Shown here piece after piece: positions 1 through 12,305 of a stretch of DNA of 64,000 nucleotides; within the stretch, counting starts at the first letter, position 1; each line of letters opens with the position of its first letter. Under the pieces are notes generated by a model that had not been told where the DNA came from, made no database searches, and saw only the letters and a program-made list of their open reading frames with translations. The stretch is from Octopus sinensis (taxonomy: Eukaryota). Position numbers and translations under genes: made by a program. Where the stretch lies: assembly GCF_006345805.1 (NCBI RefSeq), contig NC_043006.1, positions 69,998,001-70,062,000 on the forward strand, in the 5' to 3' direction.

Positions 1-276
1 TATTTCTATTTTATTGTTCAATTTATACAACCACCCCAAGACGCCCAACCGTTAGCGAATACAACACCGTTTATATTTTGAAAATAAGTTACCTAAACAA
101 ATTCCAATGTTTATTCGTCTAACTGGATCATATCAGATAATATATTACATGTTATTCCAGTCTTCTTAATCATAATTGTCCGACGAATGGAAATGGGAAA
201 CTCCGAGTAACCATTTTGCGATGTTTTTTCAGCTTTAATAAAAAAAGGTATACATACATACCCCACCCCACATATT

Positions 277-324
<48 letters not shown>

Positions 325-1107
325 CTAGCAGCATAGCCCGGCGTTGCCCGGGTATGTAAGAAACATTGTCGATAAGCAATGCCCTTTACCTTTTTACCCT
401 TTTTTGTACTCATTGAACCGTTATTTTGTAAAATGAAGCCTAAAAGGCATTAAGGCATTCAAGGCATCATTCCCTTGCATGCATGAAGAAGTAGGGAAAA
501 TCTATGTGAACTTTTTAAAAATATCGCAGAAAAATCGGTTTGCTATGTGTGCCACATATGATGTAATTAACCGATTTTTTTCCAGTAATAACATATCCTA
601 TCGGAATCAAAAGGGCCATACAGCTCCTTGGAGCAGACATGATTCTCACTGTGAATTTCAAAAAAGATTCCTGCCAATTTGTTAAAGATATTGTCGAAAA
701 TATGTCATCTTGAATTTGAAAGCGATTTCGCAAAATGGAATGATTTTATCGATTTTTTCTGATAGTAAGGTGTTGATGGAAAACTAACATCAGAATTAAG
801 TTCCTTAGGGTAACATTAGGCTTCACCATGAGTTTGGTGAAAATCGATTGCAAGTTGCGAAAACTACAACGGAAAATGTGATGCATATGATAAGCTTAGA
901 TTCTCAACCCCATGTCGAATTTATCGATATTTTCAGAACTGGGGGAACTTTTCAAAATTTTCGCTGCGTTAGTTTTGAATTATGACATTGTGGTTATGTG
1001 TGTGTCAAGTTTCATCAGAATCGGTTGAAAGCCGTGGTCAGGGTGAAGGTACAACCTGACAGATACACAGACACACAGACAGACAAACTGCCTTTTATAT
1101 ATATAGA
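325..1107 (-). mobile_element. Non-autonomous Helitron (783 bp)
   Basis: Minus strand starts A|TCTATATATATAAAAGGCAG and ends CCCGGGCAACGCCGGG hairpin ... CTAG|T. These are the canonical 5'-TC and 3'-CTAG ends, subterminal hairpin and A|T insertion site. A homologous copy lies at 61634-62018. Confidence 0.8.
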
Positions 1108-1110
1108 TAG

Positions 1111-1196
<86 letters not shown>

Positions 1197-2368
1197 GTGT
1201 GTGTGTGTGGTGTGTATTATATATGTACGTATGTATGTATATATAGAACACATTTTTAGAGTGGATTGTAGATATTTGACATCTACTTCTAGCATTGGCG
1301 ATGGTCGTTTCCAGCAGCCCTTACCTATAATTATATTTTTATAATTATATACTTAAAATATATATGTAGTTATTTATATATGTAATATATACAAGTATAT
1401 GATTACATATAAATATATGTATTCATGTATGTATTAACATGTATATATATACATGTATAATAAACCTTTACATAAATAAATAACATGAAATACACGAAGG
1501 GACGAACAAAAAGACAAACGGGTCATTCAAAGCCTTCATTCTTCAGTCAGAAACTGATCCCTCATCGCAGATTCGGCTGTTTAATTCTGAGATCTGCTCT
1601 GAATCAGCCAGCCACAGAAGGAAAGAATGCCAACGCAACAGAGACGAACATGAAAACGAAAAATCTTTTTTGGAGACAGAACGGTTAAAAACATGGATGA
1701 CACAGCGCCCGACGGCTTTGAGACAAAAAGAGAGACACAAAAACAATATCAGCAAGCGTGGAAAAATAATTACCTTTTCGGTGATAAGACACATGTTGAA
1801 CAAGCGGCCGATGGAAACAGAATGGCTGAGGCAGGAAGTCGCAAGAGGGTAAGAGAGAGAAGGGGGTAAGAGAGAGAGGGGACCAAGGAGGGTGGAAGGC
1901 GAGGGCAAAAGGAATCAGAGAAGAAGCAGTGACCAAGAGAGAGAGGGAGAGAAGGAATCAGAGAGGCTGGGAGAAAAAGGCGCCAAAACGATTTGGCAAC
2001 GAAGCAATGGCGAAGGAAAGAAAATAGTTTAAAGACATCGTGCAGGGGTTTTGATATGATAAACATAAAGAAGTTATTATGCACGTACGCTGCGAAATAT
2101 ATTATATATATGAAAACTATCAATCGCACAGTAATTTCCCTTTGTATAACGGTCATTTTTCATAGCATTTTTCCGATGGCAGGATAATTGAAACTACCGA
2201 ATAATTGTCACATATTACATTTACAGATAAATTCCTCTGTTTAATATCGAGGTCCCTTTCTGTCTTTTGTTGTGCTACCATTTTTATCCATATATATATA
2301 CATACATACTTATATATACACATATATTATATGTTATAATATGCATCTCCTCTCTCTCTACTCTCTCT

Positions 2369-2468
2369 NNNNNNNNNNNNNNNNNNNNNNNNNNNNNNNN
2401 NNNNNNNNNNNNNNNNNNNNNNNNNNNNNNNNNNNNNNNNNNNNNNNNNNNNNNNNNNNNNNNNNNNN
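2369..2468. other. Assembly gap (100 N)
   Basis: Run of exactly 100 N. Confidence 1.
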
Positions 2469-2644
2469 GAGAAGGGAGTGAGGGAGCAGAGGGAAAAGGG
2501 CAGAGGGAAGAAGGAGGGAGGGAGAAAGAGGAAGATGGAAGAGGAGTAGGGGTGAGGGTGAAAGGATGAAGGACTGAAGAGAAGCAGGGGTCGGAGGTGA
2601 GGTAGATGAGGAGGAGGGGGAGATGGGGTTAGATGAGGAGGGCG

Positions 2645-3735
2645 GGAGAGTTGAGACCAAATGGCATATAAAGCGAAGAGAGAAGATTAATTCCTGTTCA
2701 CGGCGCAACGGGATCCGGATGGCCTCTGTGTAAGGACAAACCGAACACAGACAGGTGTTGCAAGGAGTGACCGGTGGAGCGGAAATGGCGTGAGACCGGT
2801 GTGTCGTTCGCAAGGTGGATGTCACGAAGGTGTTCCGCGAACCGGTCAGCCAAGCGCCGTCCCGTTTGTCCGATGTACAGGGAATGGCAGAGAGAGCAAG
2901 AGACGAAATAGATAATATTGCTGGAGGTGCAGGTGAAGGAGTTGATGATGCGAAAGGGTCGATGATGGGTGCCAGTGAGGAGGGTGGTGGTGTTGGAGAG
3001 GTAAGGGCAAGTGCGGTAACGTGGGCGGGAGCAGGGAACGAGCCAGGTTGGGAGGTAGGGTCAGGGAAGGAGCTATGACCAAAAGGTCTCGAAGGTTATG
3101 GGCTCGTTTAAAAGAGGGGAGGGGTCGGTTAGGGAAGAGGTGTGAAGTGGAGGGTCGGACTGGAGATGCCGGAAAGCTCGAAGAATGGTGCGTTGGAGAG
3201 GTAGGGTCGTGGGTGGTAAGTGAGGGGAAAAGGAGGCGGGAGACATACAGGGCGGGTCGGGGGAGAGAGAGAGCAGATACACGGTCCACGGAACGTGCTC
3301 TGGCAAGGGCGGTGTGGATAGTGGTGAGGGGGTATCTACGTAGGATGAAGTGGTGAGTCATACGTTGAGATTGAGTCTCAAAGTCATGGTCGTCACTACA
3401 GAGCCTACGTAGACGGAGGAATTGGGAATAGGGGATGGAAAGCTTGGTGTGTTCTGGGTGGGAGGAAGAGAAGTTGAGGTAAGAGTGTGAGTCTGTGTGT
3501 TTGTAGTGAATGGAGGTGGTAAGAGTGGAGTGAAGAATGCTAACCGAAATGTCGAGGAAGGAGACAGAGGTGTAGGAGATAGTGGAAGTGAAGTGGAGGG
3601 CTGGATGGAAAGATTGAACAAAAGAGAGGAAGGAATCTAGTTGTTCACGGGAGAGTGAGGTGGCACCGATAATGTCGTCAATGTAACGACCATATAGTTC
3701 AGGAGTGGGACCAGTGAAATTAGAGAATATTTGGG
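2645..3735 (-). pseudogene. PLE reverse transcriptase C-half plus GIY-YIG endonuclease (frameshifted)
   Basis: Manual translation gives ELYGRYIDDIIG (YIDD at 3685-3674), FLDISV, IPYSQFLRLRRLCS, and SNIIYFVSCSLCHSLYIGQTGRRLADRFAEH. These are diagnostic PLE RT and GIY-YIG motifs. Confidence 0.9.
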
Positions 3736-3759
3736 CCTCAACATATATATATATATATA

Positions 3760-3997
3760 ATGACAGCTGCTACAGGCAAAGCAAAATTTCGATTCTCACT
3801 AATTGTGACCGACGGTGCTGGGTTTCCTATATTGCTAGAAATAAGAGTTAAAAGCCCGCAGACTCGCAAGAAAGCATGTTTTCATATACTGACTGTGGAT
3901 GGCGTAGTCACTATTGACGAGCTTGTAACTTTTCAGGCGAAACTAGTGCAGTCTGATCTAGCTTCGCTTATGAGACGGTTATCTCCCCTGTCAGTAT
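3760..3997 (+). mobile_element. Short PLE-terminal-type element with decayed hammerhead motif
   Basis: Shares TAGTCACTA.TGA.GA, AGGCGAAACTAGT, GAGACGGT.AT and the terminus TCCCCTGTCAG-T with 23640-23745. Starts directly after a (TA)n tract. Confidence 0.6.
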
Positions 3998-4125
3998 AGG
4001 AAAATATTCTTTCTGGTGACTCAAAGAGATTTAAAGATTTATTTTTAGCAATATTGGTACTACCCAGCACTGTCAGTCACAGTTATTGACAATTGAGTAT
4101 ACACACACACACAAACGCACTTATA

Positions 4126-4181
<56 letters not shown>

Positions 4182-4306
4182 TAGAGAGAATTTAGAGACA
4201 GACCCCTATTTAGTATTATCTATAATACCTACATAGAAATTAATTAAAAATATTATAATTTATAAATATTAATCTAAAAATCACAAAACAAACCATACAT
4301 TAAAAC

Positions 4307-4398
4307 GACTACGCGCGTTTCATCACTATATATATAAATCGATAATATTAAAAGTTAATATTAATTCAGTTTTAAAATATATAGCCACTCTTCAGGTC
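4307..4398 (-). ncRNA. Type I hammerhead ribozyme motif with long AT-rich stem II
   Basis: Minus strand reads gac-CTGAAGA-[GTGGCTATATAT...ATATATAGTGAT]-GAA-ACGCGCGT-A-gtc. It has an intact core, 3-bp stem I, palindromic stem III and GUA triplet. Confidence 0.65.
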
Positions 4399-4568
4399 TA
4401 AAAATAATAATGAAATGGTATTATAATCAAACCATAAATAACTAAATAGCGGTTTGTCTGTGAATTCTCGCTCTCTCTATATAATATATTGTAGACTTTT
4501 GTTTTAGCGTGCTAAATTGATTTTTTTCCCTGTTGGCTTGGCATTTTTATATTACCTAACTATTGAGA

Positions 4569-4619
<51 letters not shown>

Positions 4620-4818
4620 TAGTATTAAAGTAATACTACCCAAAAAGAACTTGGTACAGGCTGTTAGTTAGTGTCAAGCACATACGCGGCTTGTAGAAAC
4701 GACACAATGTAAGTGGTAGTCGATCAACAAAGTTTACTAATCTACGTATGTTATACACTACACTCAGTCACCTATCGATTTTCATGAACGCTTCGATAAG
4801 ATGTCTGTTTAGCTTCTA

Positions 4819-4853
<35 letters not shown>

Positions 4854-4906
4854 ATGTATGTATCTATACGTGTATATATATATATAAATGTATTTATATC
4901 TATACA

Positions 4907-4994
<88 letters not shown>

Positions 4995-5027
4995 TGAGAA
5001 AGTTGGTTTGTGAATGCACGTGGTTGA

Positions 5028-5209
5028 ATATATAGAAAATAGTAAAAAGTGAAAAAACTACAGAAGGCTTGTTTTAAAAGGTTAAAAAATATATATTTGA
5101 GTCAATATGTCTGAAGAATATTGTAAATTTTTTCTTACAATGACATAGTTTAGAAGAAACTATGTTTACAATGACATAGTTTTTTCACTTTTTACTATTT
5201 TCTATATAT
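5028..5209. mobile_element. MITE-like element with perfect 33-bp terminal inverted repeats
   Basis: 5028-5060 is the exact reverse complement of 5177-5209. The ends are TA-rich. Confidence 0.65.
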
Positions 5210-5733
5210 ATATATATATAGGCATATATATACTTATGCATATATATATATATATATTTATACACACATATATATACACACACGTATACAGAACAACGCA
5301 ACCATTAGATCAATTTTAATGCAGAGCAAACCTCAACTGTATAAATTCAGAGATCAAGCTTGTCACTGTTTTTTGGGGTCAGTTTTAACTTAGTCTTGTT
5401 TATCAAATTTTATATATCAAAATCAAAGGCCAAGGAACAAGGAGCAGTGTCTGTTAGGAAAAGAGCTGAGGGAGATGACAGATATCATAGTGTGTATGTG
5501 TGTGTGTGTGCGTGTGTGTGTGTGTATGTGTGTGTGTGTGTGTGTGTGTGCGTGTGATAGGCTTCTTTCAATTTCCATCTACCAAATCCAGTGGGACTGA
5601 ACCTGGAACACTGTGGTTGGGAAGCAAGGTTCTTACCGCACGGCCATTATTATGTATATATAGAAATATATTATACAGAAACACAGATATATATGTATGT
5701 AAGTATGTATATAATACATGTATATACATATAT

Positions 5734-5764
<31 letters not shown>

Positions 5765-5773
5765 CTATATATA

Positions 5774-5813
<40 letters not shown>

Positions 5814-5872
5814 TATATGTTTATATATACATATATATATATTCATATACATATATATATAAATGTGTGAGT

Positions 5873-5903
<31 letters not shown>

Positions 5904-6823
5904 ATATAAACGGATATGCATGTATAGATAGACAGATCGATAGATACAAACATACATATGTATATGTATGTAAATATATACATGTATATATATATACATA
6001 CATGCATGCATACATACATACTTACATACATGCATATGTATATGTATATGTAAATATATACACATATATATACATACATACTTGCATATATACTTACATG
6101 CATGCATGCATACGCACATACATACATACATGTGTTATTCCGATGAAATAAAGGTCCCAGTAACTTCGAAGTTTTGCCGTCTGTAAGTACGTTAGTAACA
6201 ATGAAGTAACAATGATATTCATACTGAATATTATAAATTTGAGATGCGATGAAAAGAGTTTTAAAGGGCAAGTTAAAAGCAAACTATTATATTTCGGACA
6301 TAGCTCTCCTTCCGATCCTGTATAGCCCAAAGAAGAGGAAAAGATTGGAGCATATACATGTGTGTATGTACGTGCGTGCGCGTGTGTGTTTGTGTGTGTG
6401 TGCTTGAATGTTTGTTATCATATCTTCTCACCTGTTTCTTATCTCCAACCTCTACCTCTAAGATTTAGTATTCTGTCACTTTCTCGCTTTATGTATGTCA
6501 CTGAAGGCTAAAACAATGCAAAGTGCATTGTGACCAGCGATGTGTAGCAACATCTGATGGCCTGGTCGGTCACATGATCACGTGATATATATATATATAT
6601 ATAAATATATATATATATTCGTATATATACACATATACATATCATTTACATATGCATATATACGAGTATGTATATGTGTGCGTGTGTGCACGCACTTGTG
6701 TATGTATGTGTGTGTGCATGTATATGTATAAAAAATATACTTATATATGTATATATATATGTGTGTGTGATGTGCGTGTGCACATATATGTATATGTCTA
6801 CTTATGTCTATATATATGTATAC

Positions 6824-6854
<31 letters not shown>

Positions 6855-7115
6855 ATAATATATATATATACACACCAAGTCCATCCATTTATCAACGTCT
6901 CTCTTTCCATCTTTCATTCAAAATTATATATAATATATATCTCCCTCTCTCCTCTTTATCTTTTACCTTTTCTTTCTTTATCGTTTATCTCTCTTTATCC
7001 AGCCTCCTCTCCATCCATTTGCATTACTCTTTTTTCCCACCCCACTCAACCCTATTCACACTCTCTTTCTCTCCATACTTCTCTTTTTCTTTCTTTCTTT
7101 CTTTGTCTGTCAGTT

Positions 7116-7151
<36 letters not shown>

Positions 7152-7770
7152 AGCTTCCATTGTTAATTTCATCCATTTATATATGTGTCTCTTTTATCTC
7201 TCGTCGTAAACCCCACCGCGGCCACCCCCACCCCCACCTGCTCAGTGAACCATTCATACACAACACAAGGAGTCATCCGTTTTCGGAGAGTAGGGCATCC
7301 GGTCTCTGATTACGCAACGATATTATGATGATGGTGTTAGGCAGAGGAGTAGGGGGGAGAGAAGAAAAGCAGGGAGGGGAGCACTTCCAGTTAACAACCA
7401 GCGGATGAAGTAATTGCTCTTCCCCCCAGCCCACCTCCACTCCCCCGTAAACAACCACAACGCAAAACGAGAAATAAAAAGCAAAAAAAAAAGGCCAAAA
7501 AAAACACAGACAAAAAGGCAAAAGTGGTAGATAGGAAAAAAAAAGAGGTTAAAGTTCATATAGGTTAGTGTCCATCATGAGAACTTGTCTGATTATCTTG
7601 TGGATTGGTGAAGTTGGGAAGAATAGCAATTTGTTACTGACTTAATGTAGTAACAGCACAACATTGTACATCATGTGTGCAAGTATGTGTGAGAATATGC
7701 ACGCCTATACACACATACATATGGATATGTGGATGTATCTATGTCTATCTATCTATCTGTATATATATAT

Positions 7771-7820
<50 letters not shown>

Positions 7821-7942
7821 GTATGTATGCTTATATATGTACGCGTGTGTGTTTTGTAGGAGGAGGCGTTTCTTCACGAACGACAGGAAAAGTACTCAAT
7901 AAAGAGTCTAGAGTATATTATTTAATATACTCAGCTTGCAAG

Positions 7943-8110
7943 ACGGCGAGCTGACAGAATCGTTAGCGCTCCGGACAAACTGCATAGCAGCATTTCGCCT
8001 GTTTTTAAGGATCTGAGTTCAAATTCCGCTGATATTTACTTTACCTTTTATCCTTTCGGGGTCAATAAAACAATTATTATTTGAGCACAAGGGAGGATGT
8101 AATCGACCAT
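7943..8110 (+). mobile_element. tRNA-derived SINE family B, degenerate
   Basis: GGCGAGCTGACAGAATCGTTAGC head and GAGTTCAAATTCCGC B-box region, matching many copies in the window. Confidence 0.7.
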
Positions 8111-8169
8111 TCAAAATTCGAAAGCAGAATATTCAGTTTGTGATTACTGTATTATTATATAATGTTTGG

Positions 8170-8770
8170 GGTGGGGGTGTGGCTCTTTAGTAGGAAGTTT
8201 GCTTCCAAGCTACATAGTTTTTGATTTAGTCCCACTAAGTGGTATCTTAGGAAAGTGGCTTCTGCTCTAGCATCGAGTCCACCAAAGATTATTCAATGGC
8301 TTTGGTTGACGGAAACTGCAAGAAGCTCGTCGCATATGTTTGTGTATGTGTATGTGTATATGTGTGTGTATATACATGAATGTATGTGTATATATATACA
8401 TACATTCATGTATATGTGTGTGTATATACATGAATGTATGTGTATATATATACATACATTCATATATATATATATATATATATATAATATACATTTACGT
8501 ACATATATATTTATGTATCTGTGTGTATGTGCGCGCGTGTGTGTATTCTTGAAATATATATCATAAAGAATAACATTTATATATTGGGTCGAAAAATCTT
8601 TTGGATAGAAAATGTCGAAGACAGCCTTAGCAGCTCGGCAAAAGCAACTGATAGAATAAGCATAAGCCTTTACGACAATAAGTACTGGGGGCAATTTGTT
8701 CTCGTAAAACCCTTCAAGGTGGTGCACCAGCATGGCCACCGTCCGATAAGAGAAACTAGTTAAAAGATAA
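8170..8770 (+). mobile_element. SINE family A, degenerate, with expanded internal microsatellite
   Basis: Degenerate head at ~8170-8340, then a (TA/TG)n tract, then a tail ending GAGAAACTAGTTAAAAG. Confidence 0.55.
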
Positions 8771-9019
8771 AAGGCATGTTAACACCACAACACATCCATT
8801 TTATCCATTTTATTGATTGTGCCAGGCTGTATAGTTTCTGTATGTCTTTGACAAGGTTGGGGTACTACAAGTGATTATTTAGAAAGTTTATCGTAAATCA
8901 CTTGAAGAACATAACTTTATCTTTGAAGGGGACCCTGGTTCGTTTTGCTGAAATTTGTATTTTGATTTTGTTATTATCCTGTTTGCATATCTAATGTTAC
9001 TGACACCGGTGAGCGTAGA

Positions 9020-9330
9020 AAAAATTCAACGTTGATTTTGTGTTATATAAACATGTAACAACAGTTTCTTCTTTTCTATCTAACATGGTGACATCCATAA
9101 TTAGCATTTTTAAGTTTTCAGGTGTGCATAGATTACTGATCCTGTCACATCTAACATGAATATACTTTTTCAATGATCCTCTTTATTTCCATGGGATTGT
9201 TTTCCACTCTTGATTTTAACGTACCATATGTATTATGATAAGGAAGCGAATATGATGTTGTCTTTATAATTGTTATGTATATCGTAGTTTGAAAGTGCTT
9301 TTGTTTATCCCAAATGTGTCTTTTCTATTT
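9020..9330 (-). pseudogene. Highly decayed PLE GIY-YIG fragment
   Basis: Minus-strand fragments IGINKSTFKLRY, TIPWEIK...SNLCTPE and MLDRKEETVVTC resemble the PLE GIY-YIG pattern (YIG...FK.RY, W.I, C.LC..EK, LN.R.EL...C). Many stops and frameshifts. Confidence 0.4.
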
Positions 9331-10314
9331 TATAAAGAGAACTTTTAAAAATTACTCTAATAATTTTCCAAACCTGTTCAATAACATTTTTCACTCTTTA
9401 AAAACTCAATATACATATGACACCTGATAAAACTAAAACTACATAGAAATACATACAACAAATTAATATCAAGCGATATAAATTACACCCTATAAAACAA
9501 GTAACAATCTCAAATACGTATTAGCTAATAAATAACAGAGTGAGATTTTCAGGTACACATTTAGAAGTCAAGGTAGAATGTTTCACTCGGTGAAAACCTT
9601 ACTTAACAGTAAAGAACCATTGTTATAATTTTATATCTTATCTAAACGCAGACTTGTTTACCCAATCCGTAAATAGGTAATAAACACATACTTGACTGTA
9701 TAAATTCTAAAATCTGATGAATATAAATCAATTACAATGGAACTACAGTAGCACCTCATTTACGTGGCTTAGCAATACTGAAAGACAACTCATGTAAAAA
9801 ATTATGCAGTTCGACATTGTGAAATACTACCTTCTCATTTCTAAACACTTTCCTCTGAAAACCGTTGTATTCAGAAAGAAGAAATGCACCATCATAACTG
9901 GAGCTGACTATGCGAAGCCGTTATTACTTTATGCCAACTCTTAGTCAAGTATCGCAAAAACGAACATTTCAATGTAGGCATAACATCTGTGGGAGAGTGA
10001 ATATCAGATTTAGTCACATTATACATTACTACATAGACGAAAAAAGACATCAGAATGTAAGCCACTAACATAGGACAATAGAGAGATGAGGGACTAGCCG
10101 TGCCCCACAATCTGGATGGTCATATGAATAAATTTGCAAAGACACTCATAAAATGACTCATAGAGTTCTGAAAAATGCGAACCTAAAAGTAGTAAATAAT
10201 TTAAACACTTCATTAGATCGAGACACAGGAAAACGGCGTCCCTATTGAAAATCAAACGGAAAAACAATATAAGGCTAAGACAATAAACATAAGGCTAAAA
10301 ACAATAAGGTTAAG

Positions 10315-11050
10315 ATGGATGGATGGATGGATGGATGGATGGATGGATGGACGTATGTATGTATGTATGTATGGATGGATGGATGGATGGATGGATGGAT
10401 GGATGGATGGACGTATGTATGTATGGATGGATGGATGGATGGATGGATGGATGGATGGATGGTTGGATGGGTGGATAGATAGATGGACTAAGGGAAGGAT
10501 GGCGAGATTAGGGATAGATGGTGTGCGGGAGGAAGGGTGGTTGGCGGTAAAGAGGGGTGGAGAGAGAAACGAGAGACTGGATGATAGATGGGTGGATTGG
10601 TGAATACGTGGATAAGCGAATGGTTGGATGGGTGAATATGTGGATGGATGGATGGATAGATGGATGGATGGTTAGTTGGATAGATAAATAAGTGAGTGAG
10701 TATGTGTATCTAAGCATGGATAGCTGGGTGGATTGAGTTGGTAGGAGGATGGTTAGTTGTAGTGATGGAGGACTGAATGGAAAAGGGTTTGGATGTATAG
10801 GTGGGCGAGTGAATGAATGAATCGATGGATCGATGGGTGCATGGTTAGATGGATAGACAAATGGCTAGAATGATGGGTGGTGTGCATTTTGGATGGGTCA
10901 ATGGATGATGGCTCGATGGATCGATCGATAGTCTGATAGGTCTGATTGTATTGACGAACTGATGGATGGACGCGAAAAAAATCGATAGATAGTCAGGTGA
11001 CAGGTGTATGGATGGGTGGATAGACACAGACTAGAACGAGTGATACGATA
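10315..11050. repeat. (GGAT)n/(GTAT)n compound microsatellite, degenerate distally
   Basis: Direct reading. Confidence 0.95.
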
Positions 11051-11088
11051 ATGAGTGACGGTTGATGGTTGTTAATATAAATGACAGA

Positions 11089-11300
11089 AAGGCGGCGAGC
11101 TGGCAGAAACATTAGCACACCGGGGGAAATGCTTAGCAGTATTTCGTCTGCCGCTACCTTCTGATCTCAAATGCCTCTGAGGTTGTCTTTGCCTTTCGTC
11201 CTTTCGGAGTCGATAAATTAAGTACCAGTTGCGTATTGAGGTCGATCTAATCGACTGACCCCCCATTCCCCCAAAATTTCGGGCCTTGAGCCTAGAGTAG
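11089..11300 (+). mobile_element. SINE family B
   Basis: GGCGGCGAGCTGGCAGAAAC head, GTCGATAAATTAAGTACCAG core. Confidence 0.85.
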
Positions 11301-11479
11301 AAAAGAATAAAAATGACCGAGACTAGTCCACCGAAATCGACTGTGCGTTTCATTCTTTAGAGATCGATAAAATCAGTAGCAGTTGAATACTGAGGTTGAT
11401 GTAATTGACTTGCTCCTTGCTTAAAATTGCTGGCCTTGTGGCAAAGTTTGAAATCAGTATTAAATGACCAAGACAGTAT

Positions 11480-11685
11480 AGTGAGCTGGTAGAAGCGTTA
11501 GCGTGCAGTGCGACATGCTTAGCAGGATTTCGTCCTTTTTTACGACCCGAGTTCAAATTCTGCCGAGGTCGACTTTGCTTTTCATCTATTCAGGGTCAAT
11601 AAAGTAAGTACCTGTTCAACACTATGATCGATGTAATCAACTTACTCCCTCCCCCGAAATTGCAGGCCTTGTGCTTGTGACTGAG
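11480..11685 (+). mobile_element. SINE family B
   Basis: GAGCTGGTAGAAGCGTTAGC head, GAGTTCAAATTCTGCCGAGGTCGAC. Confidence 0.8.
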
Positions 11686-12019
11686 ACATTGATGAGTTAG
11701 ATGTTTAAGCGATGGATTTGTAATGGATTAATTGTAGAGAGACCAAGGATGAAAGATGGATGCGTTCAAAGAATGTTGCTAAATATTGAGGGAGTGTGTG
11801 ATCATTAATTATTATTAATTTATTAATTAACATGTTTAGACCATTTGATGTGACATTTATGGGTTTCTGAGAACCCACTTTCTCTTAACTTCACAGGATC
11901 TCACTCAACTATCAGCAGGTTACACATATTTAACGATATTTGGAGGCCCTAAAGTCACAACACCTACGCCGCACTAGTGCTCCCACCCACTCCTTGCAGT
12001 AACAGTTGTAGTAGTGGGG

Positions 12020-12030
12020 TGGCGATGGTT

Positions 12031-12078
<48 letters not shown>

Positions 12079-12258
12079 ATAACGGTGGTGGGTTGGGGTG
12101 ATGATGGTGATGCTGTCGCCGTGGAGATGGCGTACTGAGGGCGGTGGTGGTGTTGTGGTGGTGGGGGTCCTGGAGGCGGTGGTGGTGTTTAGTCTTGATT
12201 CAACAGAACTATAATAAAAGACGTTCCAGCCTTGACGATCCTCCCAATCTAAGACTTA

Positions 12259-12305
<47 letters not shown>

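Larger units (their letters stand above)
1450..3735 (-). mobile_element. Penelope-like retroelement, 5'-truncated, with 3' terminal region spanning the N gap
   Basis: RT and GIY-YIG coding relic at ~2645-3735. The purine-rich 3' region at 2470-2600 is homologous to 15240-15350. The left boundary is approximate and inferred across the gap. Confidence 0.7.

Noticed and set aside
1520-1552. Minus-strand CTGAAGA in the PLE 3' region
   Set aside because: The second strand of stem II and GAAAC are missing. At most a deleted relic.
5105-5165. CTGAAGA followed by a 7-bp hairpin, a possible hammerhead
   Set aside because: The GAAA-stem III-NUH segment is not positioned after stem II.
9875-10056. AG...GT-bounded candidate exon
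   Set aside because: Stop codons in all three plus frames.
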